DNA of 44,044 nt from Myxococcota bacterium (GTDB lineage Bacteria; Myxococcota_C; UBA6777): assembly GCA_023150835.1 (NCBI GenBank), contig JAKLKB010000067.1:1-44044 (forward strand), given 5' to 3'. The notes beneath the pieces were generated by a model. That model was not told where the DNA came from. It did no database searches and saw nothing but the letters and a program-made list of their open reading frames with translations. A program made the position numbers and the translations under genes. This document shows, one piece after another, positions 25,911 to 35,291 of this stretch; position 1 is the stretch's first letter; each line of letters opens with the position of its first letter.

Positions 25911-27119
25911 TTAAAGATCGAGGTTTTCAAACAGACCGGCAGCGCCCATGCCACCGCCGATGCACATGGTGACGATGCCCCAACGCTTTTTGTGATCACG
26001 CAACCAGTAGAGAAGCTGGGTGGTGAGTTTGGAGCCTGTGCATCCGAGTGGATGGCCGAGAGCGATCGCTCCACCGTTGGGATTGATGCGGTCGCGGGTC
26101 AAGCCTTCTTTCTCGAAGCCACGGATGCAATACAGCGATTGCGAAGCAAAGGCTTCGTTGAGTTCCATGCAATCGATATCTGCAAGCGTGATCCCAAGGG
26201 GCTTGCCGAAGCGCTCCATCAGCTTGGGAACGGCCAAGGCAGGGCCGATCCCCATCTCGTCGGGATGCAAGCCAGCGGTCGCAAAGCCGTGCATCTTGGC
26301 GATCGGCTTGAGGCCGAGGGCCTTGGCTTTTTCGGCCTCCATCAACATCACAGCGGCGGCCCCATCGCTCATCTGCGAGGAGTTTCCAGCCGTCACGGTG
26401 CCGTGGTTTTCTTTGCCGCTTTTGGGGTTTGCGAAGGCGGGTTTGAGTTTCGCAAGCGCTTCAAGCGTCGAGGCGCGGGGGCATTCGTCGGTATCAAAAA
26501 CGAATTCGACTTTGTTTCCAGAACCATCGTACTTAAAGGTCCGAAGCGGGGCGATCTGTTCTTTGAAATCGCCGCGCTCAAGGGCCGCCATAGCGCGATT
26601 TTGGGATTCAAAAGCGAATTGGTCTTGTTCTTCACGCGAGATCCCGTAGCGCATGGCGACGTTTTCAGCGGTTTGACCCATGCTCATGTAGGCTTGGGGG
26701 AATTCGTGAGCAAGGCGGATATTGGGGACGATCTTGTTTCCGCCCATCGGGATCATCGACATCGTTTCGGTGCCACCGCCGATTCCAGCGTCGATGCTTC
26801 CTGTCACGATGCTTGTTTGCACTTGCCAGATCGACTGAAGGCCGCTCGCGCAGTAGCGGTTGACAGTCATCGCGGAGATCTCGTTGGGCAGACCGCCGAG
26901 GTGGACACACAGACGAGCGACGTTCATTCCTTGCTCAGCTTCGGGCATCGCGCAGCCCATCACGACATCTTCGATCTCTTTGGGGTCCACACCCACGCGC
27001 TCGACCAAGGCTTTCAAAACAGCACCGCCCATATCATCGGGACGGGTATGGACAAGGGAGCCACGCTGGGCTTTCCCGACAGCGGTTCGACAAGCACCGA
27101 CGATTACGGCTTCTCTCAT
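25911..27119 (-). CDS. fadA: Acetyl-CoA C-acyltransferase (3-ketoacyl-CoA thiolase)
   Basis: TVNRYCASGL, NEAFA, GGAIALGHPLG, TMCIGGGMG. Confidence 0.96.
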   Translation of the reverse strand: MREAVIVGACRTAVGKAQRGSLVHTRPDDMGGAVLKALVERVGVDPKEIEDVVMGCAMPEAEQGMNVARLCVHLGGLPNEISAMTVNRYCASGLQSIWQVQTSIVTGSIDAGIGGGTETMSMIPMGGNKIVPNIRLAHEFPQAYMSMGQTAENVAMRYGISREEQDQFAFESQNRAMAALERGDFKEQIAPLRTFKYDGSGNKVEFVFDTDECPRASTLEALAKLKPAFANPKSGKENHGTVTAGNSSQMSDGAAAVMLMEAEKAKALGLKPIAKMHGFATAGLHPDEMGIGPALAVPKLMERFGKPLGITLADIDCMELNEAFASQSLYCIRGFEKEGLTRDRINPNGGAIALGHPLGCTGSKLTTQLLYWLRDHKKRWGIVTMCIGGGMGAAGLFENLDL

Positions 27120-27291
27120 AACGCACTCCTATCTAGAAAAACCATCCTATCATCTAGGGAAAAATGACGACAAGACGCCTCATTTTTGTTGAGATCTGGT
27201 GTTTGAGCCTCTGCAAAAAAGACCAAGCGCACACAGATATCGGGGAACGTACCGTTTCTTTCGCGGCGCTTGATATCCGATGCAGTGGGCG

Positions 27292-29709
27292 CTAGTTGCG
27301 CAGCGGTTTGTTGTTCATCAACATATACTGGATGCGCTCAAGGGTTTTTGCTTCGCCCAAAAGGCTCATAAAGGCTTCGCGTTCGAGATCGAGAAGCTCT
27401 TGTTCTGTGATGGTTTGGCCTTCTGCGCGCTTGCCACCACCGAGGATGTAGGCCAGTTTGTTTGCGATCTTTTGATCATGCTCAGACGCCCAACCAGCGT
27501 CCTTCATACCATCGACAGCGATCATAAAGGCGGCAGTTCCGCTTTCTCCGATCACAGGGATGTCTTCGCGGGGACGACCGGGATCATAACCGACCGCAGC
27601 AAGACCCAATGCGACTTCTTTGGCGCGAGCGATGCGGTATTCGGCGTTGGGAACCATCACATCTTGGCGACGGAAGAAGCCGTACTCTACGGCCTGTCCG
27701 AAGCTCGAAGCGACTTTGGCGGTGGCGATGCTTTCAAAAGCGTTGCGCAAGAAAGGCAGGAGGGATGGGCGGTTGCTCATATCCACACCTTCGGTAAAAC
27801 GCAAGAGAAACTCTTTTGTCCCACCTGCCGCAGGGATCAGACCCACGCCGACTTCGACAAGACCGCAATAAGTCTCCGCAGCTCCAACCACACGGTGCGA
27901 ATGCAAGCAAAGCTCCAAGCCTCCGCCGAAAGTATAGCCGATCGGGGCGGCCACCACGGGCGCAGGGCTGTATTTCATCCGCATATTGGCGTCTTGGAAG
28001 GCTTTGGCCATCTTCTCGACTTCATCGAGCGAGTTATTTTGGACGGCCATAAACACCAACATCAAGTTGGCCCCGACAGAGAAGTTTTTGGAATTATTGG
28101 CCAGAACAAGCGCCTTGTATTTTCCGGCATCAAGGAGATCCATCGCTTGGTTTTGCATCGCGATCGTCTCGTTGTCGACGGCATTCATCTTGGTGTGCAT
28201 CTCGAAAAGCAAGCAGCCATCGCCGAGATCCCAAAGAGAACCACCGTCATTGCTGCCCACCTTTTGTTGTTTCGGCAGCTTCTTGAGGATGATCACCTTT
28301 TTGTCTTCTTCAATCGGCAGATAGGTGTGGTTCACAAGGTCGTACTGATAACGCACGCCTGCTTCTTCTTTGTAGAAGGACTCGTTGCCTTTTTCGAGCA
28401 TGGTCAAGACGTTGGAAGGGACGGACAGACCGTCTTTTTGCATACGTTCGACGCTGGCACGAACACCGAGCGCATCCCACGAAGCAAACGGGCCGATCTC
28501 GCGGTTAAAGCCCCAACACATCGCTTGATCGACATCATGGACGCGATCCGCGATCTCAGGGATGCGGTTGGCGACGTACACAAGGCTGTTTGAGGTGATC
28601 GCCCATGCGAAGCGGCCCGCCCGATCGTCACTTGCGACCAAGGCTTTAAGACGCTTGCCGGGATCTTTGGTCTCTTCGGCTTTTTCCAGCGATGGAAACG
28701 ACGGTGAGTCCTCGGCTTTGTACTCCATCGTCTTCCAATCCAACACAAAACGCTCTTTGCCTTTTCCGCGCTTGTAAAAGCCGCTGTCTGCTTTGCGACC
28801 GAGCCAGCCTTTTTCGACCATCTTGGCGAGGAATGCGGGGGATTGGAAGGATTCGCGTGATTCGTCCCCAGAGCAGTGATCGTACACGGTTTGGGCGACG
28901 TGTTTGAGCGTGTCAAGGCCGACAAGATCGGCTGTTTTGAAGACAGCGGAGCTTGCGTTGCCGATCGGCTTACCGCAGATCGCGTCGACTTCGGTGATCG
29001 AATAGTCAAGTTCTTGCATCTTTTGGAGAGTCAAGAACATGCTCTGCACGCCGATACGGTTGGCAATAAAGTTGGGGGTATCCTTTGCCATCACCACGCC
29101 TTTTCCGAGGCGTTCGGTACAAAATTGTTCGACAAAGGTCAGCAGTTCGGGCTTGGTTTCGGGATGGGGGATGATCTCAAGGAGTTTCATAAAACGCACA
29201 GGGTTAAAAAAGTGCGTTCCCATAAAGTGGCTGCGCATCTCAGGCGAACAATCTTCGACCATCTTGATCACGCTCAGGCCCGACGTATTGGTCGAGATGA
29301 TGCTATGGGGTGCGCGATATTTGTCCACCTTGGCCAAGACCTGCTTCTTGATATCCATACGCTCGACAACGACTTCGATGATCCAATCGCACGATCCGAT
29401 CTTTTCAAAGTCATCTTCAAAGTTGCCGAGCTTGATCAGTTTCGCATCCACAGGCGTAAAGAACGCAGGCGCGGGTGGAGTGAGTTTGAGAGCTTTGTCG
29501 AGCGCGTCTTGGGCCATCTTGTTGCGGATGGCTTTGTCTCCCTTGTCGCGCTTGGCGCGGTCTTTTTCGGACAGCATATTGTCAAATGGTACGATATCCA
29601 ACACAAGGCACTCGATGCCACACCCCGCGAGGTGACTGGCGATCGCCATCCCCATGACCCCCGAACCCAACACGGCGGCTTTACGAATCGTCTGCTTTGT
29701 TCCGCTCAT
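27292..29709 (-). CDS. fadN: 3-hydroxyacyl-CoA dehydrogenase / enoyl-CoA hydratase (FadN-type domain order)
   Basis: N-terminal GSGVMG Rossmann fold, THFFNPVR, PNFIANRIG. C-terminal crotonase with GGGLE and GLVEVGVG. Ends KPLRN. Confidence 0.93.
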   Translation of the reverse strand: MSGTKQTIRKAAVLGSGVMGMAIASHLAGCGIECLVLDIVPFDNMLSEKDRAKRDKGDKAIRNKMAQDALDKALKLTPPAPAFFTPVDAKLIKLGNFEDDFEKIGSCDWIIEVVVERMDIKKQVLAKVDKYRAPHSIISTNTSGLSVIKMVEDCSPEMRSHFMGTHFFNPVRFMKLLEIIPHPETKPELLTFVEQFCTERLGKGVVMAKDTPNFIANRIGVQSMFLTLQKMQELDYSITEVDAICGKPIGNASSAVFKTADLVGLDTLKHVAQTVYDHCSGDESRESFQSPAFLAKMVEKGWLGRKADSGFYKRGKGKERFVLDWKTMEYKAEDSPSFPSLEKAEETKDPGKRLKALVASDDRAGRFAWAITSNSLVYVANRIPEIADRVHDVDQAMCWGFNREIGPFASWDALGVRASVERMQKDGLSVPSNVLTMLEKGNESFYKEEAGVRYQYDLVNHTYLPIEEDKKVIILKKLPKQQKVGSNDGGSLWDLGDGCLLFEMHTKMNAVDNETIAMQNQAMDLLDAGKYKALVLANNSKNFSVGANLMLVFMAVQNNSLDEVEKMAKAFQDANMRMKYSPAPVVAAPIGYTFGGGLELCLHSHRVVGAAETYCGLVEVGVGLIPAAGGTKEFLLRFTEGVDMSNRPSLLPFLRNAFESIATAKVASSFGQAVEYGFFRRQDVMVPNAEYRIARAKEVALGLAAVGYDPGRPREDIPVIGESGTAAFMIAVDGMKDAGWASEHDQKIANKLAYILGGGKRAEGQTITEQELLDLEREAFMSLLGEAKTLERIQYMLMNNKPLRN

Positions 29710-29916
29710 TGACCCATCTCTCCTTCCAACAAACAACAATGGTTCTCGCGCTTCTGCTTTTTGGGGCGGCTTTCCTGCGCGGCTTGCTCATCAAACACGG
29801 CGACAGCCCGCAAGATCGGCCCATCACAAGCGCTCCCTAACATGATGAACGAGCGCTCAGAATCAAGTGGCGCGCAGTGTACAACGCTTTACAAAAAAAG
29901 CAAAGTGTAAAGTGCG

Positions 29917-31608
29917 CTAGGTGTATTTTTGAAGTTGTTTGCGCATGGTTTTTTCGTCGATCTTTCCGTTGATCTTCATGCGATGGATGGCTTTGCGGGA
30001 GAGAAGGATATCGAATTCGCCAAGAAGAGCGGAGGGCATCTTGCGTTCGGTGGCATCGAGGAATGCGCGGAGCTTGTTTTGGGGTTTGGGGGGATAAACG
30101 GCGAGGAGTTGTTGTTGGACGCGATTGGATCGATAGGCGCTTGGGCCTTCTTGGAAGATATCGCCGAGGGTCTCGCCAAGAATCGCAAAAGATCGCGAAA
30201 AGTCCGATTGTTCGGGAGAGATGGGTTCGAGCAAGGAGATGAGTTGGAGTCCCAGTTTGACGATCAAGCGGGCGGCTGCGGCTTCCATCAAATCATGCGA
30301 TTCTTGGGAGGTTTCGATGATATCTTCCATCTGTTCGTGCATGGCGTACATCGAATAAAGCAGGAGAAACAAGCGAGGGTCGCGCTCAAAGCGCAAAAAA
30401 TCCAGCGGCTTTCGCTGGCGAGCGAGCGGACTACCCGGGCTTGCGGAGAGGGTGTTGGTGACATTTTCGGGGGATATCTGGATGATCGAAGAATAGCGAT
30501 TGAGGCATTCCATCAGCGCAAGAAGTTCTTGTTGAACTTCAAAGAGATCCATCTCCCAATCAAAGGTGATCATATAAAAGACGATGCTCAGGCGGGTCTC
30601 TGCAAAGAAAGAAAGGACGGCCTCAAGGCGCAGTTGTTGGGCGTCGGCTTGTTGGAGGGTGTGGTATTTGTGAAGCCGCAACAGCTTTTTGGGGAGGAAG
30701 CTATCGACGCCGAGTCCGATGCCGTGGCGATTGCTGTAAGCGTAGCGCTGCCAGATCTCGGGGAATCGGGTGATCGCGTTGTAGAGGCTATCGACACGCG
30801 AAGAGAAAAAGATCGGCATGGTGTCAGCAGGGAGTGCATCGATCAAGGCGGATGCGCGGGCGGGATGGGCCGTGAACTGTGGCGAAGCGATATCCAAGCG
30901 TTGGACACCGAGATCACGCAGGTAGTGAACTTCTTGAGCGACCAAAGCGGGATCTTTGTAGACCGATCTTGCGGGGAGATTGGGACAAAAAGAACAAGCC
31001 GCCCAACAACCTGTCGCCCATTTGACGCAGGCTTTGTGCTGAAACACCGAAAAAGCGTAGTCTCGGGTGTGGTCTTGGAGATCAAGAGGCATCGGCGGAA
31101 GTCCCTTGATGCGGGTGACACCGTCTTGATCGAGGATCTGCGCGCCCAAAGAGACGAGTTGTGAACGGACGGCAGGATCGGCAAAAGACAATTCGTGCGG
31201 TGCGATGGTCTCAAACAGCCGTTCTCCCGGGCATTCGACGATCGTACAACAGGCCCACGCAGAAGTCCCGTATTTGTGGGCATAAAAGGTCGGATCGAAT
31301 TCAACGTCAGGCCCGCCCAAAAAGAGGTGGACGCCCCGCCCCTCAAATGGCGCAAGCAAGGCATCGACCAGTTCGATATCGCACTTAAAGGGAGCCAAAA
31401 AAGAAAGTCCCAAAAAGCTCGGAGCATAGGCCAAGATCGCAGCGATAGAGTCTTCGGGGGTGGGGGCACCAAGCTGAAACACGCGGCTTTCGTGTCCCGC
31501 AAGTTTGCAGAGGTTGTGCATCGCCACAAGGTGTACAGGATCAGAGAAAGCCTTGATGCCTCGGCTGCTTGAGTAGCGCCCTGTGTTGACGAATGCGATC
31601 TTGGCCAA
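29917..31608 (-). CDS. Cobalamin-binding radical SAM protein (divergent)
   Basis: CxxxCxxC as GCWAACSFC. N-terminal B12-binding-like region (AGHE...FLGLS...LFLGGP). TTG start after AAGGAG. Confidence 0.8.
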   Translation of the reverse strand: MAKIAFVNTGRYSSSRGIKAFSDPVHLVAMHNLCKLAGHESRVFQLGAPTPEDSIAAILAYAPSFLGLSFLAPFKCDIELVDALLAPFEGRGVHLFLGGPDVEFDPTFYAHKYGTSAWACCTIVECPGERLFETIAPHELSFADPAVRSQLVSLGAQILDQDGVTRIKGLPPMPLDLQDHTRDYAFSVFQHKACVKWATGCWAACSFCPNLPARSVYKDPALVAQEVHYLRDLGVQRLDIASPQFTAHPARASALIDALPADTMPIFFSSRVDSLYNAITRFPEIWQRYAYSNRHGIGLGVDSFLPKKLLRLHKYHTLQQADAQQLRLEAVLSFFAETRLSIVFYMITFDWEMDLFEVQQELLALMECLNRYSSIIQISPENVTNTLSASPGSPLARQRKPLDFLRFERDPRLFLLLYSMYAMHEQMEDIIETSQESHDLMEAAAARLIVKLGLQLISLLEPISPEQSDFSRSFAILGETLGDIFQEGPSAYRSNRVQQQLLAVYPPKPQNKLRAFLDATERKMPSALLGEFDILLSRKAIHRMKINGKIDEKTMRKQLQKYT

Positions 31609-31626
31609 CCGCGTGGCTCCTTGCTT

Positions 31627-33129
31627 TTATTGGGGAGAGAGGCGGACGATCACGCCCGATTGGTAGGGCATGATCGTGTGGTAATTGGGGAAGGATCCGT
31701 AGCAAGTCCAGATGTATCCGTCTTTTGTAAAATCAACGGTGCGAGTGTACGCGCCTTTGCGAGGGAGCCGATACAGCGTGAATTGGTAAGTGGCGGGGTT
31801 GAGGCGGTACAGGCTATCGGAACCTGTGCCTGTGACCCACAGATCGCCCGTGTATCGGTTTCGGCGGATCGCATACGGATAATCGCCCGGGATCGGGAGG
31901 GAGAGTTGCTTGATGATCTTGCGTTGGTGCGTGTCGTACACGGTGATGCCACCCGTCCCAAGATGCGGAATCCACAAGCGATCTTGGGGATCGATGGCGA
32001 GCCGTTTGGGTCCAGACCACGAGACAAAAAGATCCCATTCTTCGGCTTTTCCCGTGGTGGGATCGAGCATCCCCAAGCGGTTTCCGTGTGTTTCGGTGTA
32101 CCACAAACGGCCCTTTGAATCGGCAACAACGGCATACAAGTGAACGCCTTCTTCGGGCAACCGTTGCGTTCGGGGGGTTTGGAAGACACGGATATGTCCG
32201 GTCTTTGGGTCAAGGCGCGAAAGGATCTCTTTGGAGAAGTGGTTGACCCATACGCGACCTTTGGGGTCTTTGTATACATAGCGATCAACGTCGAGGGCGA
32301 AGTATTGGACATTTGCGCCTTTTTGAAAGCCAGAATAGACGCGAAAGGTGTTGGTTTTGGTATCAAAGCGCGCAACTTGCTGGGTTTTGGTAAAGGTGAT
32401 CCAGATCTCTCCGTCGCGGCTGATATCCATCGAATGCGCCCCTGCGGGTTTTCCTTTGGGAGCCGAGATCGGAACGGGGAAAGCCTGTTTTGCGCCTGTT
32501 TTGAGATCGACACCGTACAGGATATTTCCAAAGTAATCGACGATCCAAGCCCGTCCACCGAGGATCGTGACGTCATGGTAAAACCCCTTGTGGACGCCGA
32601 TCGGGTATTCTTTCCATGCGGCTTTGGCTTCGGGCAGTGGGGGTGGTGCGCCCTGCGCAGGGATCTTCACATGTTTGAGCAGCCATGCGGTCAATTCACC
32701 CTTGCGAAAAGGGATCAAACGCAGTTCCAAGTCGTCGTCGATCTCGTGCATCCGTTTGATCACCGTGTCCCAACCGAGCTTATCGTAACGCATCGCAAAC
32801 GGTGGTGCGATCTGGTGGCAAGGCGTACAGCCCACAACAAACTTTCGCTTCATCTCTCCGTCAGGCAGACCTGCGATAATATCCGAAGATCGGATAGGAA
32901 GAACGCTTTGAGAGGTGGATTTGGTTTTGTTTTCGGAAGATGGCGGATGTTGGGGGGGCAAGGGCGATGCAATGCTTTGTGCAAAAAAGAAAAAACAACA
33001 CAAGGCCAAAGGCCCAACCGCCCCAAAGCACAGGCGAAAGCATACGCTGCGAAAACAAAAGCTGCGAGGATATGGAACGTCAGTAGTCAGGGATTCTTGA
33101 TCGACACAAGATAATAGGCAAGCGCCCAA
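31627..33129 (-). CDS. Exported monohaem cytochrome c fused to a Vgb (virginiamycin B lyase)-like beta-propeller; start uncertain
   Basis: CTPCH with downstream W...IKRM. Propeller repeats DGEIWIT, KGRVWV, DSKGRLWYTE, DPQDRLWI. Hydrophobic N-terminal segment. Confidence 0.82.
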   Translation of the reverse strand: MGACLLSCVDQESLTTDVPYPRSFCFRSVCFRLCFGAVGPLALCCFFFFAQSIASPLPPQHPPSSENKTKSTSQSVLPIRSSDIIAGLPDGEMKRKFVVGCTPCHQIAPPFAMRYDKLGWDTVIKRMHEIDDDLELRLIPFRKGELTAWLLKHVKIPAQGAPPPLPEAKAAWKEYPIGVHKGFYHDVTILGGRAWIVDYFGNILYGVDLKTGAKQAFPVPISAPKGKPAGAHSMDISRDGEIWITFTKTQQVARFDTKTNTFRVYSGFQKGANVQYFALDVDRYVYKDPKGRVWVNHFSKEILSRLDPKTGHIRVFQTPRTQRLPEEGVHLYAVVADSKGRLWYTETHGNRLGMLDPTTGKAEEWDLFVSWSGPKRLAIDPQDRLWIPHLGTGGITVYDTHQRKIIKQLSLPIPGDYPYAIRRNRYTGDLWVTGTGSDSLYRLNPATYQFTLYRLPRKGAYTRTVDFTKDGYIWTCYGSFPNYHTIMPYQSGVIVRLSPQ

Positions 33130-33938
33130 CGATCGGCATCGGGGATGTAAGCATAAGAAAGCATCGCAGAGGCGGGATTATGCGAGCCACGCGTGAGGTA
33201 TGCAAAGATATCGAGCGGTCGGTTGCCGCATTTGTATTGGGCAGCGCGTAGATTTGCGGGAGGAATACTCTGATCTTTTGCGGAAGGCCCCTTACCATCG
33301 CCCTTTGTACCATGACAGGACCAACAAGCGTTCGCGAGGTAAAGCTGTTGGCCGCGTTTCTCCAAAACCGAGACAGGAAGAGACGGAGGGATCGCAGGAT
33401 CGGAAGGTGCAGAGTCCGGGACAGCGGGAGGTGCGGAAGGAACAGGCTTGATGGGCTTTTTGACGCCCAACGTGATCAGATAAGCCACCAATGCGCTGAT
33501 ATCGGGTTCTGTGATGCGTCCGCGATAGGTCGGCATGGTCGGCGGATAGTCTTGCACAAGGTATCGACCGGGATCGACGATCGCCGTCCGCAAAACCTCC
33601 TCCGTGACCAGAAGCTTTCGGCCATCTTGCAACGTCAGGGTCGAACCATACAGCCCTTTCATCGTCGGCCCCACCGAACGCTTCCCATCCACTGTGTGAC
33701 ATGCGTTGCACCCCTGTTGAAGAAAAATCTGACGGCCTTTCTCAGGATCGATCATCGCGATCCATCGGCGCTTTTGAAGCCGTGACGAAAACGCGCTTGT
33801 TTTTTTCAGCGAAACTGCGGGCCGATCAGGCCGTGCATACGAGGGCAACAGCAAAAAAAAGCCACCCCACACCGCCAAGCCAAAGCCCACCACCGCGCTC
33901 ACAAAAACCCGATCGGTCAGGGAAAAGAATGTCTGCAT
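33087..33938 (-). CDS. Membrane-anchored/exported dihaem cytochrome c
   Basis: N-terminal hydrophobic helix. CNACH...MP and CWSCH...M domains separated by a Pro-rich linker. Confidence 0.9.
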   Translation of the reverse strand: MQTFFSLTDRVFVSAVVGFGLAVWGGFFLLLPSYARPDRPAVSLKKTSAFSSRLQKRRWIAMIDPEKGRQIFLQQGCNACHTVDGKRSVGPTMKGLYGSTLTLQDGRKLLVTEEVLRTAIVDPGRYLVQDYPPTMPTYRGRITEPDISALVAYLITLGVKKPIKPVPSAPPAVPDSAPSDPAIPPSLPVSVLEKRGQQLYLANACWSCHGTKGDGKGPSAKDQSIPPANLRAAQYKCGNRPLDIFAYLTRGSHNPASAMLSYAYIPDADRWALAYYLVSIKNP

Positions 33939-34176
33939 GATCCAAAAACCTCCGTTAAATGACCCAAACGCCCGTCACTTGGGTCGATTCGATAGATCTC
34001 AAACAAGAAAAACGAAGTTTAATAGGTTCACAGCATGGCACGGAACAAACCGCCAAAGCAAGAGCCACCCCCAAAAAGGTCCATGAAAGATACGGAAGAT
34101 ACGGAAAGAAGGCAGCCCGACGCTTCGGAATGCACGAAAAGAACAGAAAGGGGGGGGAAAGAACGAAAGGAGGTGG

Positions 34177-34289
34177 TACGAGATCCGGCCATCGCGTGAT
34201 CGTAAAGGTGTAGGGGCAGCAAGGCGTGGCTGCCCAACAATCGGGCATTTACGCACTCTCCTACGATCACAGATCTCTCGGATATCGTA
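34177..34289. mobile_element. MITE-A copy (113 bp) abutting the TAA stop of the subunit IV gene
   Basis: TACGAGATCCG...GTAGGGGCAGCAAGGCGTGGCTGCCC...CGGATATCGTA, followed by TTA at 34290-34292. Confidence 0.82.
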
Positions 34290-35270
34290 TTATTTCTTGA
34301 GGGAGAGGAGATACTTGGCGATGGACCAACGATCGTTGTCGGGGATATGGGCGTAAGCCACCATGCCAGAGGCTTTATTGGGAGAGCCGTTGGAGAGGAC
34401 TTTGTAGATATCGCCGAGGCTACCGCCGTATTTGTAATTTCCGAGTGCAAAGTTGGCGGGTTTGACGGGCAAAGCAGCGGCAGCGGCTCCGTCGCCTTTG
34501 CCTTCGTTGCCGTGACAAGTCCAACAAGCATTGGCTTGGTAAAGCTTTTTGCCTGCCGCAAGCGAGGCAGCGTCGAACTGCGCGGCGGGGCGGGCCGCAG
34601 GTGCTGGAGCAGGTGCTGTCGGGCGGGCCGCAGGTGCTGTCGGACGGGCCGCAGGTGCTGGAGCAGGCGTTGTTGGACGGGCCACAGGTGCTGGAGCAGG
34701 CGTTGTTGGACGGGCCACAGGTGCTGGAGTCGCGGGGCGGGCGGCGGGTTGAGCCACTTTCGCGACACCGCGTTTTGCGGGGGTGGGATGCGCGGCAGCT
34801 TTGACGACATTGCCATGCGCGCCGTGTCCGTGTCCGTGATCGCCGCGTTTTTTGGCCTCATCGCAGACCTTTTTTCGGCGGTCGTTGTTTTTGAGGATCT
34901 CGGGATCGCAAAAAGGTTTGCCATCGATCAGGTTGACTTGGGTATGTTCTTCGGGAACCCATGTATCGCGAGCACCAAGATCATACACGGTGAAGGCGAA
35001 GAAGACGCCAAGAAAAACGATGGAGCTTGCAAAGAACAGAGAAAGAAAGCGGTCGTCGTAGCGCAGGTGCATAAAGTACCCCACCACAAAGCCTGCTTTG
35101 ATCAAAGCAACGGTCATCGCGATAGGGATAGCCAAGGCCCCAAGGCCCAGTTGAGAGACTTTGACCGTGATGTAGGTGAGGATCATCAGAGCAAAAAATA
35201 CCCCGAAGTAGATCGACAACGGGAGGACATGAGGCTCGTGAGAGCCATGAGAATCTTTGTGATGAGACAT
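34290..35270 (-). CDS. ctaF: Cytochrome c oxidase (caa3) subunit IV fused to a C-terminal cytochrome c
   Basis: Three TM helices with YFGVFFALMILT and KAGFVVGYFMHLRYD. His-rich then Pro/Ala linker. C-terminal CWTCH domain. Confidence 0.88.
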   Translation of the reverse strand: MSHHKDSHGSHEPHVLPLSIYFGVFFALMILTYITVKVSQLGLGALAIPIAMTVALIKAGFVVGYFMHLRYDDRFLSLFFASSIVFLGVFFAFTVYDLGARDTWVPEEHTQVNLIDGKPFCDPEILKNNDRRKKVCDEAKKRGDHGHGHGAHGNVVKAAAHPTPAKRGVAKVAQPAARPATPAPVARPTTPAPAPVARPTTPAPAPAARPTAPAARPTAPAPAPAARPAAQFDAASLAAGKKLYQANACWTCHGNEGKGDGAAAAALPVKPANFALGNYKYGGSLGDIYKVLSNGSPNKASGMVAYAHIPDNDRWSIAKYLLSLKK

Positions 35271-35291
35271 CGGACACTCCGTAGGTATGCG

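Noticed and set aside
31627-33129. Streptogramin B resistance gene (vgb)
   Set aside because: Only the propeller repeat pattern is shared. The protein is exported, haem-fused and in a respiratory context.
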